Positions 8,489-15,998 of a DNA stretch of 64,000 nt are shown piece by piece. The notes under the pieces were generated by a model, which saw only the letters and a program-made list of their open reading frames with translations, searched no databases and was not told the origin of the DNA. This DNA is from a virus. The position numbers were made by a program, and so were the translations under genes. The DNA lies in the IMG/VR virus record IMGVR_UViG_3300009184_000038, positions 10,546-74,545 of that record; one strand, 5' to 3'. Every line of letters starts with the position of its first letter. Within the stretch, counting starts at the first letter, position 1.

Positions 8489-9003
8489 TTCCACCCCATG
8501 AAAAGCACGCGACCTTTACCGTCGGCGTCGGTCGCCGTATGCGAGAACTTCGCCGCCACCGCGGCCTGCATCTCAGGTGTGAGCTGCTCGTAGTCGTGGA
8601 TCGCCAGACCGCTCGCGATCTCGGCACACCCGAGGTACTCGAAGAGCGCCGCTGGCCCGTGAACCGCGTCGTGGAAGATGAAGTCGAACTGCCCCGGCAG
8701 GCAGGAGGCCAGGAAGCCGCCGGCACTGGATGCCACAGGATTGATGTTCGTCAGCCCAAGCGTGGCCCAGTAGACCGTCCGCATGGCCTCCGAGACCGTG
8801 TCGCACAGGTCGACGGCGGTGATCGTGCTCCTGGGAGCCGCCCAGGCCATTGCCGCGGCCGACCTCCCCTCGTGGCTGCCTAGCTCAAGGATACGCCACG
8901 CCTGACCTTCGACGGCCTCGCAGAGCATCCGAATGTGCTTGCGGTCTGTCGTCATCGGGTGCGAGTCGTCAAGGAAATCGACGAATTCACGCCAGCCTGT
9001 CAT
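8485..9003 (-). CDS. Class I SAM-dependent methyltransferase (Methyltransf_24-like)
   Basis: ILELGSHEGRS, AVD, FDFIFHDAVH, IHDY motifs. Confidence 0.85.
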   Translation of the reverse strand: MTGWREFVDFLDDSHPMTTDRKHIRMLCEAVEGQAWRILELGSHEGRSAAAMAWAAPRSTITAVDLCDTVSEAMRTVYWATLGLTNINPVASSAGGFLASCLPGQFDFIFHDAVHGPAALFEYLGCAEIASGLAIHDYEQLTPEMQAAVAAKFSHTATDADGKGRVLFMGWK

Positions 9004-9293
9004 TGAAGAGTCTCCAGAAACGCCTTGGCCTCGGCCGCCGAGGTGACGACGGCCACAGGGCATCCTGCCGATGCGAGTTCCCGCATCCGGTGATTCTGGA
9101 TTTTCGTCGGCTCTTCGCCTGGGCGTTTGCACTCGAGCCAGACGGCTCGACCATCCTTGATCATGAGCACGTCGGGCACGCCCGACATGGTGAATGCGTT
9201 CCCGTGGAACTTCGTCACCCAGAAGCCCGAGGCGCGTCCTTGCGCCATAACTTTTGCAACTATGGTTCGCTCCAGGGGAGCTTTCCGCTGCAT
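9000..9293 (-). CDS. VRR-NUC (PD-(D/E)XK) nuclease, resolvase-like
   Basis: GVPDVLM...WLECKRPG...Q motif. Confidence 0.9.
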   Translation of the reverse strand: MQRKAPLERTIVAKVMAQGRASGFWVTKFHGNAFTMSGVPDVLMIKDGRAVWLECKRPGEEPTKIQNHRMRELASAGCPVAVVTSAAEAKAFLETLQ

Positions 9294-9299
9294 TCCTTG

Positions 9300-9329
9300 A
9301 TTGTCTTACACGGTGGCTTGACGGTCAAG
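9300..9329 (-). promoter_or_regulatory. Sigma70-type promoter TTGACC-N17-GACAAT with palindrome CTTGAC-G-GTCAAG over the -35
   Basis: -35 at 9323-9328, -10 at 9300-9305; the ATG at 9293 lies about where transcription would start. Confidence 0.55.
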
Positions 9330-9660
9330 TCGAAAAGACGTACTGCTCGCTGTGGAAGTAGAAGTGCGGAGCCTCGACAGGCTTGCGTCGGCAGCCGACT
9401 CGTCTGGCCTCGCGCTCTGCGGGCGTCCACGTCGCGCGGATGGCGGCGGTCGCTGCGGCGATCTCTTCCAAAGTCGGGTCGGGCGTCTCAGTGTTCCTGG
9501 CTGCGCTGAATCGATGCGGCCGGATGCCCAGCGCGTGCTTGCGGGCGAGGTTGAACAAGTGGCCGCGGGTACAGCCGAGTTCAGCACAAATCTGATCGCT
9601 CTTCATCTCGCTCTTCCAGAGACGGGCAAGTTGTTTCAGGTCAATCGGCGGGCAGTGCAT
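9325..9660 (-). CDS. GcrA-like HTH protein (paralog of 6655-7008)
   Basis: LARLWKSEMKSDQICAELGCTRG HTH plus DPTLEEI...IRATWTPAERE; AAGGAGG RBS. Confidence 0.7.
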   Translation of the reverse strand: MHCPPIDLKQLARLWKSEMKSDQICAELGCTRGHLFNLARKHALGIRPHRFSAARNTETPDPTLEEIAAATAAIRATWTPAEREARRVGCRRKPVEAPHFYFHSEQYVFST

Positions 9661-9759
9661 GAGGTTTCCTCCTTGAAGAATGGGACTACGGTCGAACAAT
9701 ATTCGGGTCGAAGATGTCGCTGGCTGCGACAGGTTCAGCGGACGTGTCGTCATTTGGGT

Positions 9760-10071
9760 TTATTTGAGCCGCTCCAGCAGCGAGCGGAGCGTGGCGATCA
9801 CGGTAGCGTCGTTCTCGCCGTGCATTGACGCCTCGATCGCCGCCCGCTCCTCGTCGGTGAGCGTGAAGTTCAACTCGCAATGCTGCGTCACCGTGCCGCG
9901 AACGTGCGGGCACACCGTTTCGCAGCCTTCTACTGCACCATTTCGCAGCCGCTCAATCTCGTCGGCCGCTGCCTCAAACAACTCTCCCCCGTGAGCGAGG
10001 TGCAGGCCACGCCAGTGGCGAAGCCGAGAGACGATGTCTCCCTCGTAGGCCCGTCGGTCAATGGTGTTCAT
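9760..10071 (-). CDS. Modular accessory protein (DIVSRLR..AADEIERLR + LTDEER..TLRSLLERLK)
   Basis: ATGA coupling; motifs shared with neighbouring genes. Confidence 0.75.
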   Translation of the reverse strand: MNTIDRRAYEGDIVSRLRHWRGLHLAHGGELFEAAADEIERLRNGAVEGCETVCPHVRGTVTQHCELNFTLTDEERAAIEASMHGENDATVIATLRSLLERLK

Positions 10072-10166
10072 TTCATCCTCTCGAGCAGCCTGCGGAGCGC
10101 GGCCGCCTGGCACATCCAGCACCGAGTCCACCGACCGCCGCACCTGTGGCACACGCCTCGGTTCAT
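10068..10166 (-). CDS. 32-aa Cys micro-protein ending ALRRLLERMK
   Basis: ATGA-coupled at both ends; CHRC and CWMC; shared C-terminus. Confidence 0.55.
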   Translation of the reverse strand: MNRGVCHRCGGRWTRCWMCQAAALRRLLERMK

Positions 10167-10567
10167 TTGAGACGCTCCAGCAGCGAGCGGAGCGTGGCGG
10201 CGTGATTGCTCCAGTTGTTTGACCACGGGGCGAGGGGGCCGTCGCCAATCTGCGAGAACCACTCAACCGCCTCCCGCTCGTCTTCTCTGAGCCGCAGCAG
10301 CTCAATCTCATCCGCCATCGCAGTCGCATATTTCACGCCGCACCCAGCCTCGTCTTCGGGCCATGTGGGATTGAGGCCAGCGCGATCCCACGCGGCTTCA
10401 ATGGCGATCTCGTCTTCAGCCCGCCGTGATGGCAACGCATAGAGCGGGACGACCGTCCAGCCCCACTCTCTGGCGGCGGCGTCTGCCTGCTCCTTCAGCA
10501 AGTAGACCGCAGAGCTTTCGCTGCCATCAGTGGCAACGGCAATCCATGCGGCGGGTTCTTTGCTCAT
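10163..10567 (-). CDS. Modular accessory protein (EPAAW..VVPLY + ADEIELLR + TLRSLLERLK)
   Basis: Shared motifs; coupled stop/start. Confidence 0.75.
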   Translation of the reverse strand: MSKEPAAWIAVATDGSESSAVYLLKEQADAAAREWGWTVVPLYALPSRRAEDEIAIEAAWDRAGLNPTWPEDEAGCGVKYATAMADEIELLRLREDEREAVEWFSQIGDGPLAPWSNNWSNHAATLRSLLERLK

Positions 10568-10820
10568 TTCGCACACCTTGCAAAACACGTTTTGGAATCC
10601 ACAGCTTTGTTGGCCCTTTTTGTTTCTTTCCTCGCGGCGAAAACACTTTTGATGGCCCAGCGAACAACGGCATAACCCGCACCGGCCCTACGCTATAGCC
10701 AGCAATGAAATCGCCCCACCACATGGCTTCTGCTTTTGTCCTGTAGACGTGCGATAGGTCAATGGGTGAACGCTTTTCGTCTACAACGCACCATGCAATG
10801 GGTTTCCGTCTTACTGCCAT
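10527..10820 (-). CDS. Hypothetical protein (KPIAW..VMPLF module)
   Basis: Resembles the N-terminus of 10163-10567. Confidence 0.5.
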   Translation of the reverse strand: MAVRRKPIAWCVVDEKRSPIDLSHVYRTKAEAMWWGDFIAGYSVGPVRVMPLFAGPSKVFSPRGKKQKGPTKLWIPKRVLQGVRNEQRTRRMDCRCH

Positions 10821-10838
10821 AGCGTCACTCGTTTGATG

Positions 10839-11561
10839 TCATTTGCGCATACGCGCCAGAAATGCCTTCAGTGTTGCCGCGACCTCCTCGTACTTGGCAT
10901 CCGCCGTGAGGCGACTGTAAGCCAATGCAATCGCCTCTCGCTCTGCGTCAGAAAGAACTCGCGACTCCAGCAATTCGATGTGCCGCGCCAGTCGGTACAT
11001 CACGCCAGCCGTCTGTCGCGACCACTGATCGAACGTCTTGCAGACGCCTTGCAGATTCTCAGCCGCCTGATAAGCGATGCCAGCCATGCCGACGGTGCCC
11101 TCGCCATGCACACTACCCTCGCTTGGTGTATCGTCCCGATCCGTATTAGTGTTCGTGCGTTTTTCGTCGCCTTCATCATATGATGGGCTCTCCCATTCCG
11201 GCCGCAGCCTGACGAGCAGCGACCGCATTACGCCGTAGACGCTCATGCTGGCGATTCTGCCGTCCTCGACCACACACTCAATCGCATCAATCTCGGCTTC
11301 AGAAAGATTGCCGGTGCCCATAGCGGGTAGCGTCACGGGTTTATCAGTCCCGCCGCATCCGCCCCCATTCCCCAGTGGAACTGAGGATTCAGATGGGTCT
11401 GTACGGGCTATCGCTTCCGGCACAGCGTCATGATTTGTTCGCCCCCGCTCGCGGATCATGGCGTCGGCCATTTCGTAACACGATTTTGCAATCTGCTCGT
11501 AGCCGAGAACGCCCATCCCGCGAGTTAAAGCTGCGGCGGCGAAATAGTCACGGTCAGTCAT
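10839..11561 (-). CDS. Modular accessory protein (TDRDYFAAAAL..ADAM + two LS.AE.EAI modules)
   Basis: ATGA overlap at 11558-11561; paralog of 11558-12016. Confidence 0.75.
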   Translation of the reverse strand: MTDRDYFAAAALTRGMGVLGYEQIAKSCYEMADAMIRERGRTNHDAVPEAIARTDPSESSVPLGNGGGCGGTDKPVTLPAMGTGNLSEAEIDAIECVVEDGRIASMSVYGVMRSLLVRLRPEWESPSYDEGDEKRTNTNTDRDDTPSEGSVHGEGTVGMAGIAYQAAENLQGVCKTFDQWSRQTAGVMYRLARHIELLESRVLSDAEREAIALAYSRLTADAKYEEVAATLKAFLARMRK

Positions 11562-12016
11562 TTCAGTCGCTCCAGCAACCCGCAAAGCAGTCTTTTGTAT
11601 TTTTCGCGGTTGTGGCTCTGAGTCAATCTGGTCAGCGGCTTTCGCAATTCCGCAAAACACTCAATCGCCTCCCGCTCCTCGTCGGTGAGGGCTGGTGTAT
11701 TGCCGGTGCGAGGCAGCCCACGTTCGACTGACTCGCTTTGCGCCAGTAAGCTCCGCTCGGGCTCCCGAGTGCTTTGCTGGACGCACGCTTCCGGCACAGC
11801 GTCATGAGCTGGATGGTAGTATACAACGTCGCCAGTAGACAGAACCGCCGTGCGTGGTTGCGGCGTTGGCGAAGTTCGCTCCCGCTCACGGAGCATGGCG
11901 TCGGCCCACTCGTAGGCGCGAGCCGCGAAGCTGGGCATGGCGCATTCAGTTCGGTCGCCGTCGTCTGCAAGCAGGCCCGTCAACGCCGCTGCGGCAAATA
12001 TGTCTCGGTCAGTCAT
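11558..12016 (-). CDS. Modular accessory protein (TDRDIFAAAAL..ADAM + LTDEEREAI..LLERLK)
   Basis: GGAGGAG RBS; shared motifs. Confidence 0.75.
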   Translation of the reverse strand: MTDRDIFAAAALTGLLADDGDRTECAMPSFAARAYEWADAMLRERERTSPTPQPRTAVLSTGDVVYYHPAHDAVPEACVQQSTREPERSLLAQSESVERGLPRTGNTPALTDEEREAIECFAELRKPLTRLTQSHNREKYKRLLCGLLERLK

Positions 12017-12333
12017 GTCGGCTCCTCCATCGGCACGAACTGGAGATCAAAGAGCTTCCCGTCACGATTTCGATAGACCATCTTCGATATCGACTCGTCT
12101 CTATTTCGCCACACCGCCATCATCCCCGGCACCACGCCCCACCGATTCGGGTTGTCTGCGTAGCATCGACAGGCTCTGAAGATGCGGCCGCTGTGCGTGT
12201 TAATCAAAAACGACCCGTCAAATCCCGCATACGCTGGCGTGACGCACGGCTCTGACTTGGCGGCTGGCTGCGAGGCGACCGCGCCTGCGGCGAATGACGA
12301 GAGCCACGAGAAGAAACTGCGGCGATCCATCAC
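12013..12333 (-). CDS. Small protein with twin-arginine-like N-terminus
   Basis: MDRRSFFSWLSSFAAGAVA; GGAGG RBS. Confidence 0.65.
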   Translation of the reverse strand: MMDRRSFFSWLSSFAAGAVASQPAAKSEPCVTPAYAGFDGSFLINTHSGRIFRACRCYADNPNRWGVVPGMMAVWRNRDESISKMVYRNRDGKLFDLQFVPMEEPT

Positions 12334-12740
12334 TTCACCTCCGGTGTCGCGCCGCCAAGAAAATTCATCTTCTTTAACGTCAGCGTGATTGCACTCTCTA
12401 TTGATTTGCGGTCTTGGTCAGTGAGCATGAATTTGGCTTCAGGTGGCTCGGGCAGTGGCATCCAGTGCGAAGCACACCACGCTCCGCGCTCGGTAGAGAA
12501 CCAGCCGCCACGCTTGTTAAATGTGGCTTCGCCAACCTGTCCAGTCATGCCGCCACCTTCAAAGCAGGCGATCACACTTTGCCCGTCTTCGGGCAGTTGC
12601 TCCGAAACAGGAATCCAGCAGCGTTCTTTTCGCAGCCGCTTGATTTCAACAACAGCATCTTCCAGAAGCGGCGGCGCGTCTGTGTCCCAGAACGTGTCGT
12701 GCCGAAATGACTCCTCTATGCGTTCGACGATGTCAGTCAT
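12330..12740 (-). CDS. DUF551-domain accessory protein
   Basis: WIPVSEQLPE...SHWMPLPEPP. Confidence 0.85.
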   Translation of the reverse strand: MTDIVERIEESFRHDTFWDTDAPPLLEDAVVEIKRLRKERCWIPVSEQLPEDGQSVIACFEGGGMTGQVGEATFNKRGGWFSTERGAWCASHWMPLPEPPEAKFMLTDQDRKSIESAITLTLKKMNFLGGATPEVK

Positions 12741-13069
12741 TCGGCACCTCGTGTTCCTTGTATGACTCGACTCCTCAGTCTTTCAAGTTCCTCTTCCGCC
12801 CTTGCGAGCCTCACCGCCACCGCCCGATACGGATCAGGCTGAAAGCTGTCGCCGGTTCTCTTGTGGACGAACTCGCCGCAGATGCTGTCTCGCGACGTGC
12901 GAGGGTGCTTCCACTCCAAGGCTCCCAGCACCGGGATAGACGGCGGATAGCGGTAGCACTCGCCGACCTTCTCGTCGCCGTCCACGGCAAACCATCCACA
13001 GTTCTCGCAGACTTTGCGGCTCTTGCCCTGCTCGTCGGCGAGCTTCTTGATTTGCTCGAAGTCTTTCAT
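12737..13069 (-). CDS. Four-Cys protein (CxxC..GEC.RYPP..CGEF) with C-terminal coiled coil
   Basis: CENC, GECYRYPP, ICGEF. Confidence 0.7.
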   Translation of the reverse strand: MKDFEQIKKLADEQGKSRKVCENCGWFAVDGDEKVGECYRYPPSIPVLGALEWKHPRTSRDSICGEFVHKRTGDSFQPDPYRAVAVRLARAEEELERLRSRVIQGTRGAE

Positions 13070-13320
13070 GTCTTTCCCCAGTGAAACATCATGACTCCGA
13101 TTGCCATGCACGACAGGCCAATAGGCATCGACATGAACAGCCAGACAAACGGCAACGCAGCACCGGCACTCAAGTCTTTATCGATCGGACACGCAAGGAC
13201 GTTGATGATGTACCAATTTAGGTACGGCTGGTTGAGCGTGAAGAGCGGGGCGGGCCACGCCACCAAGCATGCGCCGAGGCATAGAAGGACGAAGCCGATG
13301 AAGGTGGCGAGACTCTTCAT
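13066..13320 (-). CDS. Small membrane protein
   Basis: Two hydrophobic segments; ATGA-coupled at both ends. Confidence 0.6.
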   Translation of the reverse strand: MKSLATFIGFVLLCLGACLVAWPAPLFTLNQPYLNWYIINVLACPIDKDLSAGAALPFVWLFMSMPIGLSCMAIGVMMFHWGKT

Positions 13321-13670
13321 GCCCAAGTCACCGTGATCCTCATGAGTTCGCCCGCAGTCACAGCGTAGCTCACGTTGATTGGGCGCAGCTTCTTGGTGTA
13401 TGTCTCGACCATCAAAGTGTCGTCCCCATTCTTGCCGCCGGGGGCGTGAACGTACTCGACCTCGCAGTGCATTAGGCCGTCGTAGGTCTGGTGGCATGAG
13501 ATCGAGGTGACGTGACACTCCTTGAGCATCGAGAGCAGATCGTTCTGCACCGCGAGCGGCTTAGGCAGTGCCTTGCCAGTCGCGACCTCTGTTCCAGTCG
13601 GCAGCTTCACGCCACTGGCGATAGCCGTCGTCACTGCCATCAGCGAACCGAGAAAGCCTCTGCGATCCAT
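13317..13670 (-). CDS. Protein with twin-arginine-like N-terminus
   Basis: MDRRGFLGSLMAVTTAIASG. Confidence 0.7.
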   Translation of the reverse strand: MDRRGFLGSLMAVTTAIASGVKLPTGTEVATGKALPKPLAVQNDLLSMLKECHVTSISCHQTYDGLMHCEVEYVHAPGGKNGDDTLMVETYTKKLRPINVSYAVTAGELMRITVTWA

Positions 13671-13828
13671 TACTTCACCTTCCCTTTCGGCGCTTTCCAA
13701 AACTTAGGGTCGTCGAACTTCTTGAACATCTCTAGCAGCATCGGCCTTTCGATCTTCTCCCAACACTCCTTCGCGAGCTTTTCGTCGTCGCGGCACCACC
13801 AGTACGGGTCGATTGGCTTCTCGCTCAT
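13670..13828 (-). CDS. 52-aa hypothetical protein (not in the ORF track)
   Basis: MSEKPIDPYWW...KGKVK; ATGA/TAATG coupling on both sides. Confidence 0.5.
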   Translation of the reverse strand: MSEKPIDPYWWCRDDEKLAKECWEKIERPMLLEMFKKFDDPKFWKAPKGKVK

Positions 13829-14049
13829 CGGCCCTTCTCCATCTCAATGATCCTCTCATCAAGCGTCTTATTGACATCCCGCAACGCTTCGATCAGCACC
13901 CGCTGCTGCTTGTTCTCCTTGACCAACGCATGGAGCCTGTTCTCGCGATGCGCATAGGTGCCCCGATGCCGCTCAAGCTCGGCCTGAAGCTCGCGAACGA
14001 CGCGGCGATTAAAAAGCCAGTCAGTAAGCTGACCAATCATGTAGATCAT
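13825..14049 (-). CDS. Small coiled-coil protein
   Basis: Heptad pattern; coupled. Confidence 0.6.
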   Translation of the reverse strand: MIYMIGQLTDWLFNRRVVRELQAELERHRGTYAHRENRLHALVKENKQQRVLIEALRDVNKTLDERIIEMEKGR

Positions 14050-14255
14050 GTTCGCTCCCAGGCGTTGACGGTCTCACTGTGACGCATGATCTGTTTGACC
14101 CGGTGGCCGTCGATCACCTCGTCCTTCCGGTAGACGTGGATGACGGCCCCAGCGGCCAGCGGCATCTCGATGCACTCGCGAAGCACGGGGCGGATAGCAC
14201 CGTCGAGCGGGCCACCGACGAACTCGAGCTGGATGAAGTCTTTCATGGTTCTCAC
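14046..14255 (-). CDS. Small protein with GGPLDG motif
   Basis: FVGGPLDG, a recurrent motif in small phage proteins. Confidence 0.65.
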   Translation of the reverse strand: MRTMKDFIQLEFVGGPLDGAIRPVLRECIEMPLAAGAVIHVYRKDEVIDGHRVKQIMRHSETVNAWERT

Positions 14256-14264
14256 TCGCGGGCC

Positions 14265-14296
14265 GGGGGCGGCGGCAGACGAGAACCGCCGCCCCC
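14265..14296. other. 11-bp GC hairpin without U-tract
   Basis: GGGGGCGGCGG...CCGCCGCCCCC, intergenic. Confidence 0.45.
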
Positions 14297-14312
14297 AGCG
14301 TGGCGAAGACGA

Positions 14313-14642
14313 TCAGTTGCCGCTGTAACGGAGGACGGCGAACCAGCCGCGGCGAGCCGGCGAGTAGCTCACGCCGCGTTCGACGATGCGGAGGCGGCCT
14401 CGGACGGCCTCGGAGTAGAAGCAAGCCGACTTCTCTGCGGCACTCGGGCTGACGGTCGAGAAACCGATGCCCTCTTTTTGGTTGCCCCTGAGAACTCGGC
14501 AATGCCTGAGCAAGCCCGTGCGGGCACAATCATCAGCCGTCTCCTGGGCACTGACCACGGTGGTCGTCGTCACGATGACGTTCTCGGCCGAGGCGATTGT
14601 GGCGCAGCAGGCCACGGCGAAAGCAAGAAAAAAGGAACGCAT
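14313..14642 (-). CDS. Secreted small protein, minimal CAP/SCP-like
   Basis: Sec signal MRSFFLAFAVACCATIASA; A...G...H...EGIG...C...GWFAV pattern; AAGGAGG RBS. Confidence 0.65.
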   Translation of the reverse strand: MRSFFLAFAVACCATIASAENVIVTTTTVVSAQETADDCARTGLLRHCRVLRGNQKEGIGFSTVSPSAAEKSACFYSEAVRGRLRIVERGVSYSPARRGWFAVLRYSGN

Positions 14643-14685
14643 AGTCAATCCTCCTTGAAATGAAACGGGACACAAACCGGCAGGC

Positions 14686-14714
14686 ATTGTCTGCAACAGT
14701 AGTGTGACTGTCAA
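14686..14714 (-). promoter_or_regulatory. Sigma70-type promoter TTGACA-N17-GACAAT
   Basis: -35 at 14709-14714, -10 at 14686-14691. Confidence 0.65.
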
Positions 14715-14923
14715 GACTGATCCAACCCTTCGACGAACTTCCTCATCTCAGTCGCGTAGACCTCGACCGACTCTGCCAAGAGATAAGAAGCAGTCGCCAG
14801 ACCGTGAGCATCAACTTGTTGCGCAGCCTTCGCAGTCGCCTTAATAGCCGGAATCGTCGTAGACAGCATCCTCTCAATGTTCATCATTCGCATAGCGATG
14901 AGGATTTTGTCTTCGGGTGTCAC
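14711..14923 (-). CDS. Hypothetical protein
   Basis: GTGA overlap with GNAT stop. Confidence 0.55.
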   Translation of the reverse strand: MTPEDKILIAMRMMNIERMLSTTIPAIKATAKAAQQVDAHGLATASYLLAESVEVYATEMRKFVEGLDQS

Positions 14924-15324
14924 TTGCGTGCCTCACGCCACGTCCCGTCTGGCTTCCGGTCGAAGCTCGCGTAGAGAATCCCCAGGCGGCTGGCGAGCGA
15001 TACCATCGCCGGCCGGAACACGGCGACGAACTCGTGATCGCGGAACACGCCTTCCGTCCGCAGGCCGGCGGTGCAGAGCGTAGCCACGCCGCGGCGGCGG
15101 TAGGCCGGCGATACGAACGCCTCGAGCGTCGGTATCTCATTCCATGCCTCGCTCCTGGCCCAGCCAATGATCTCGCCTTGATCCAGGCAGATGGCGATCG
15201 TGCCGGTCACGGTGCCGCCGAGCAGTGCCCGCTGGAACTCGCTTTCCGGTCGCGTCAGGTGGTCGGCGATGAATCGACGCTCTGAGGGTCGCAGAAGGTC
15301 GGTCTTGAGAACGAATAGCTCCAT
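14920..15324 (-). CDS. GNAT-family acetyltransferase
   Basis: FVSPAYRRRGVAT acetyl-CoA motif A. Confidence 0.8.
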   Translation of the reverse strand: MELFVLKTDLLRPSERRFIADHLTRPESEFQRALLGGTVTGTIAICLDQGEIIGWARSEAWNEIPTLEAFVSPAYRRRGVATLCTAGLRTEGVFRDHEFVAVFRPAMVSLASRLGILYASFDRKPDGTWREARK

Positions 15325-15998
15325 TACTTTTCAAGCTCCCGCAGCACGCCCTCGATGATCGGGTGCCTGACAATGTCTGTGCCCTTGAACTCGACGACGC
15401 CAACGCCCTTCAGGCCCGACAACCGCTGCATCACGTCGATCAGACGCCGCTCGCTCCTGGGGAGGTCGGACTGGTCGGCATCGCCCGTGACGATGATCTG
15501 GCTGCCCGTACCGAGGCGGGTGAGAAAGAGCTTGAGTTGCCCGAACGTCGAATTCTGTGCTTCATCAAAAATCATGACAGAACGCGAGAATGTGCGGCCT
15601 CGAAGGTATGCGAGAGGCGCGATCTTCACCGCGCCGCTGATGCGGTCGCGGGTATGGCCGCGCTTGCCGGCGATCCGCTCGAGCGCGTCGAAAAATGGCA
15701 CGAGGTACGGGCCGACCTTCTCTTCTGCACTTCCAGGCAAGTAGCCGAGCTGCTCCGTCGCCACCGACGGTCGTGTGATCACGATGTTCTCCACCTTGCC
15801 GTCAACGAGCTGCTGGACGGCGTAACCGCTCGCCAAGTGTGTCTTCCCCGTGCCGGCTGGGCCGAGCACGAACGTAATCACGCTCCTGCTGATCACCTCG
15901 AGCGCGTGAGCCTGGGCCTTCGTGCGTGCGGCGTAGCCCTCCGGCGGCGGCGGCAGTGCGGGCTTCTTCTTGGATTGGCGTTCGCGCTTTCGGTTCAA
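15324..15998 (-). CDS. phoH: PhoH-family ATPase
   Basis: GPAGTGKT, LGYLPGS, AYLRGRTF, DEAQN, GDADQSD, RHPII. Confidence 0.96.
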   Translation of the reverse strand: MNRKRERQSKKKPALPPPPEGYAARTKAQAHALEVISRSVITFVLGPAGTGKTHLASGYAVQQLVDGKVENIVITRPSVATEQLGYLPGSAEEKVGPYLVPFFDALERIAGKRGHTRDRISGAVKIAPLAYLRGRTFSRSVMIFDEAQNSTFGQLKLFLTRLGTGSQIIVTGDADQSDLPRSERRLIDVMQRLSGLKGVGVVEFKGTDIVRHPIIEGVLRELEK

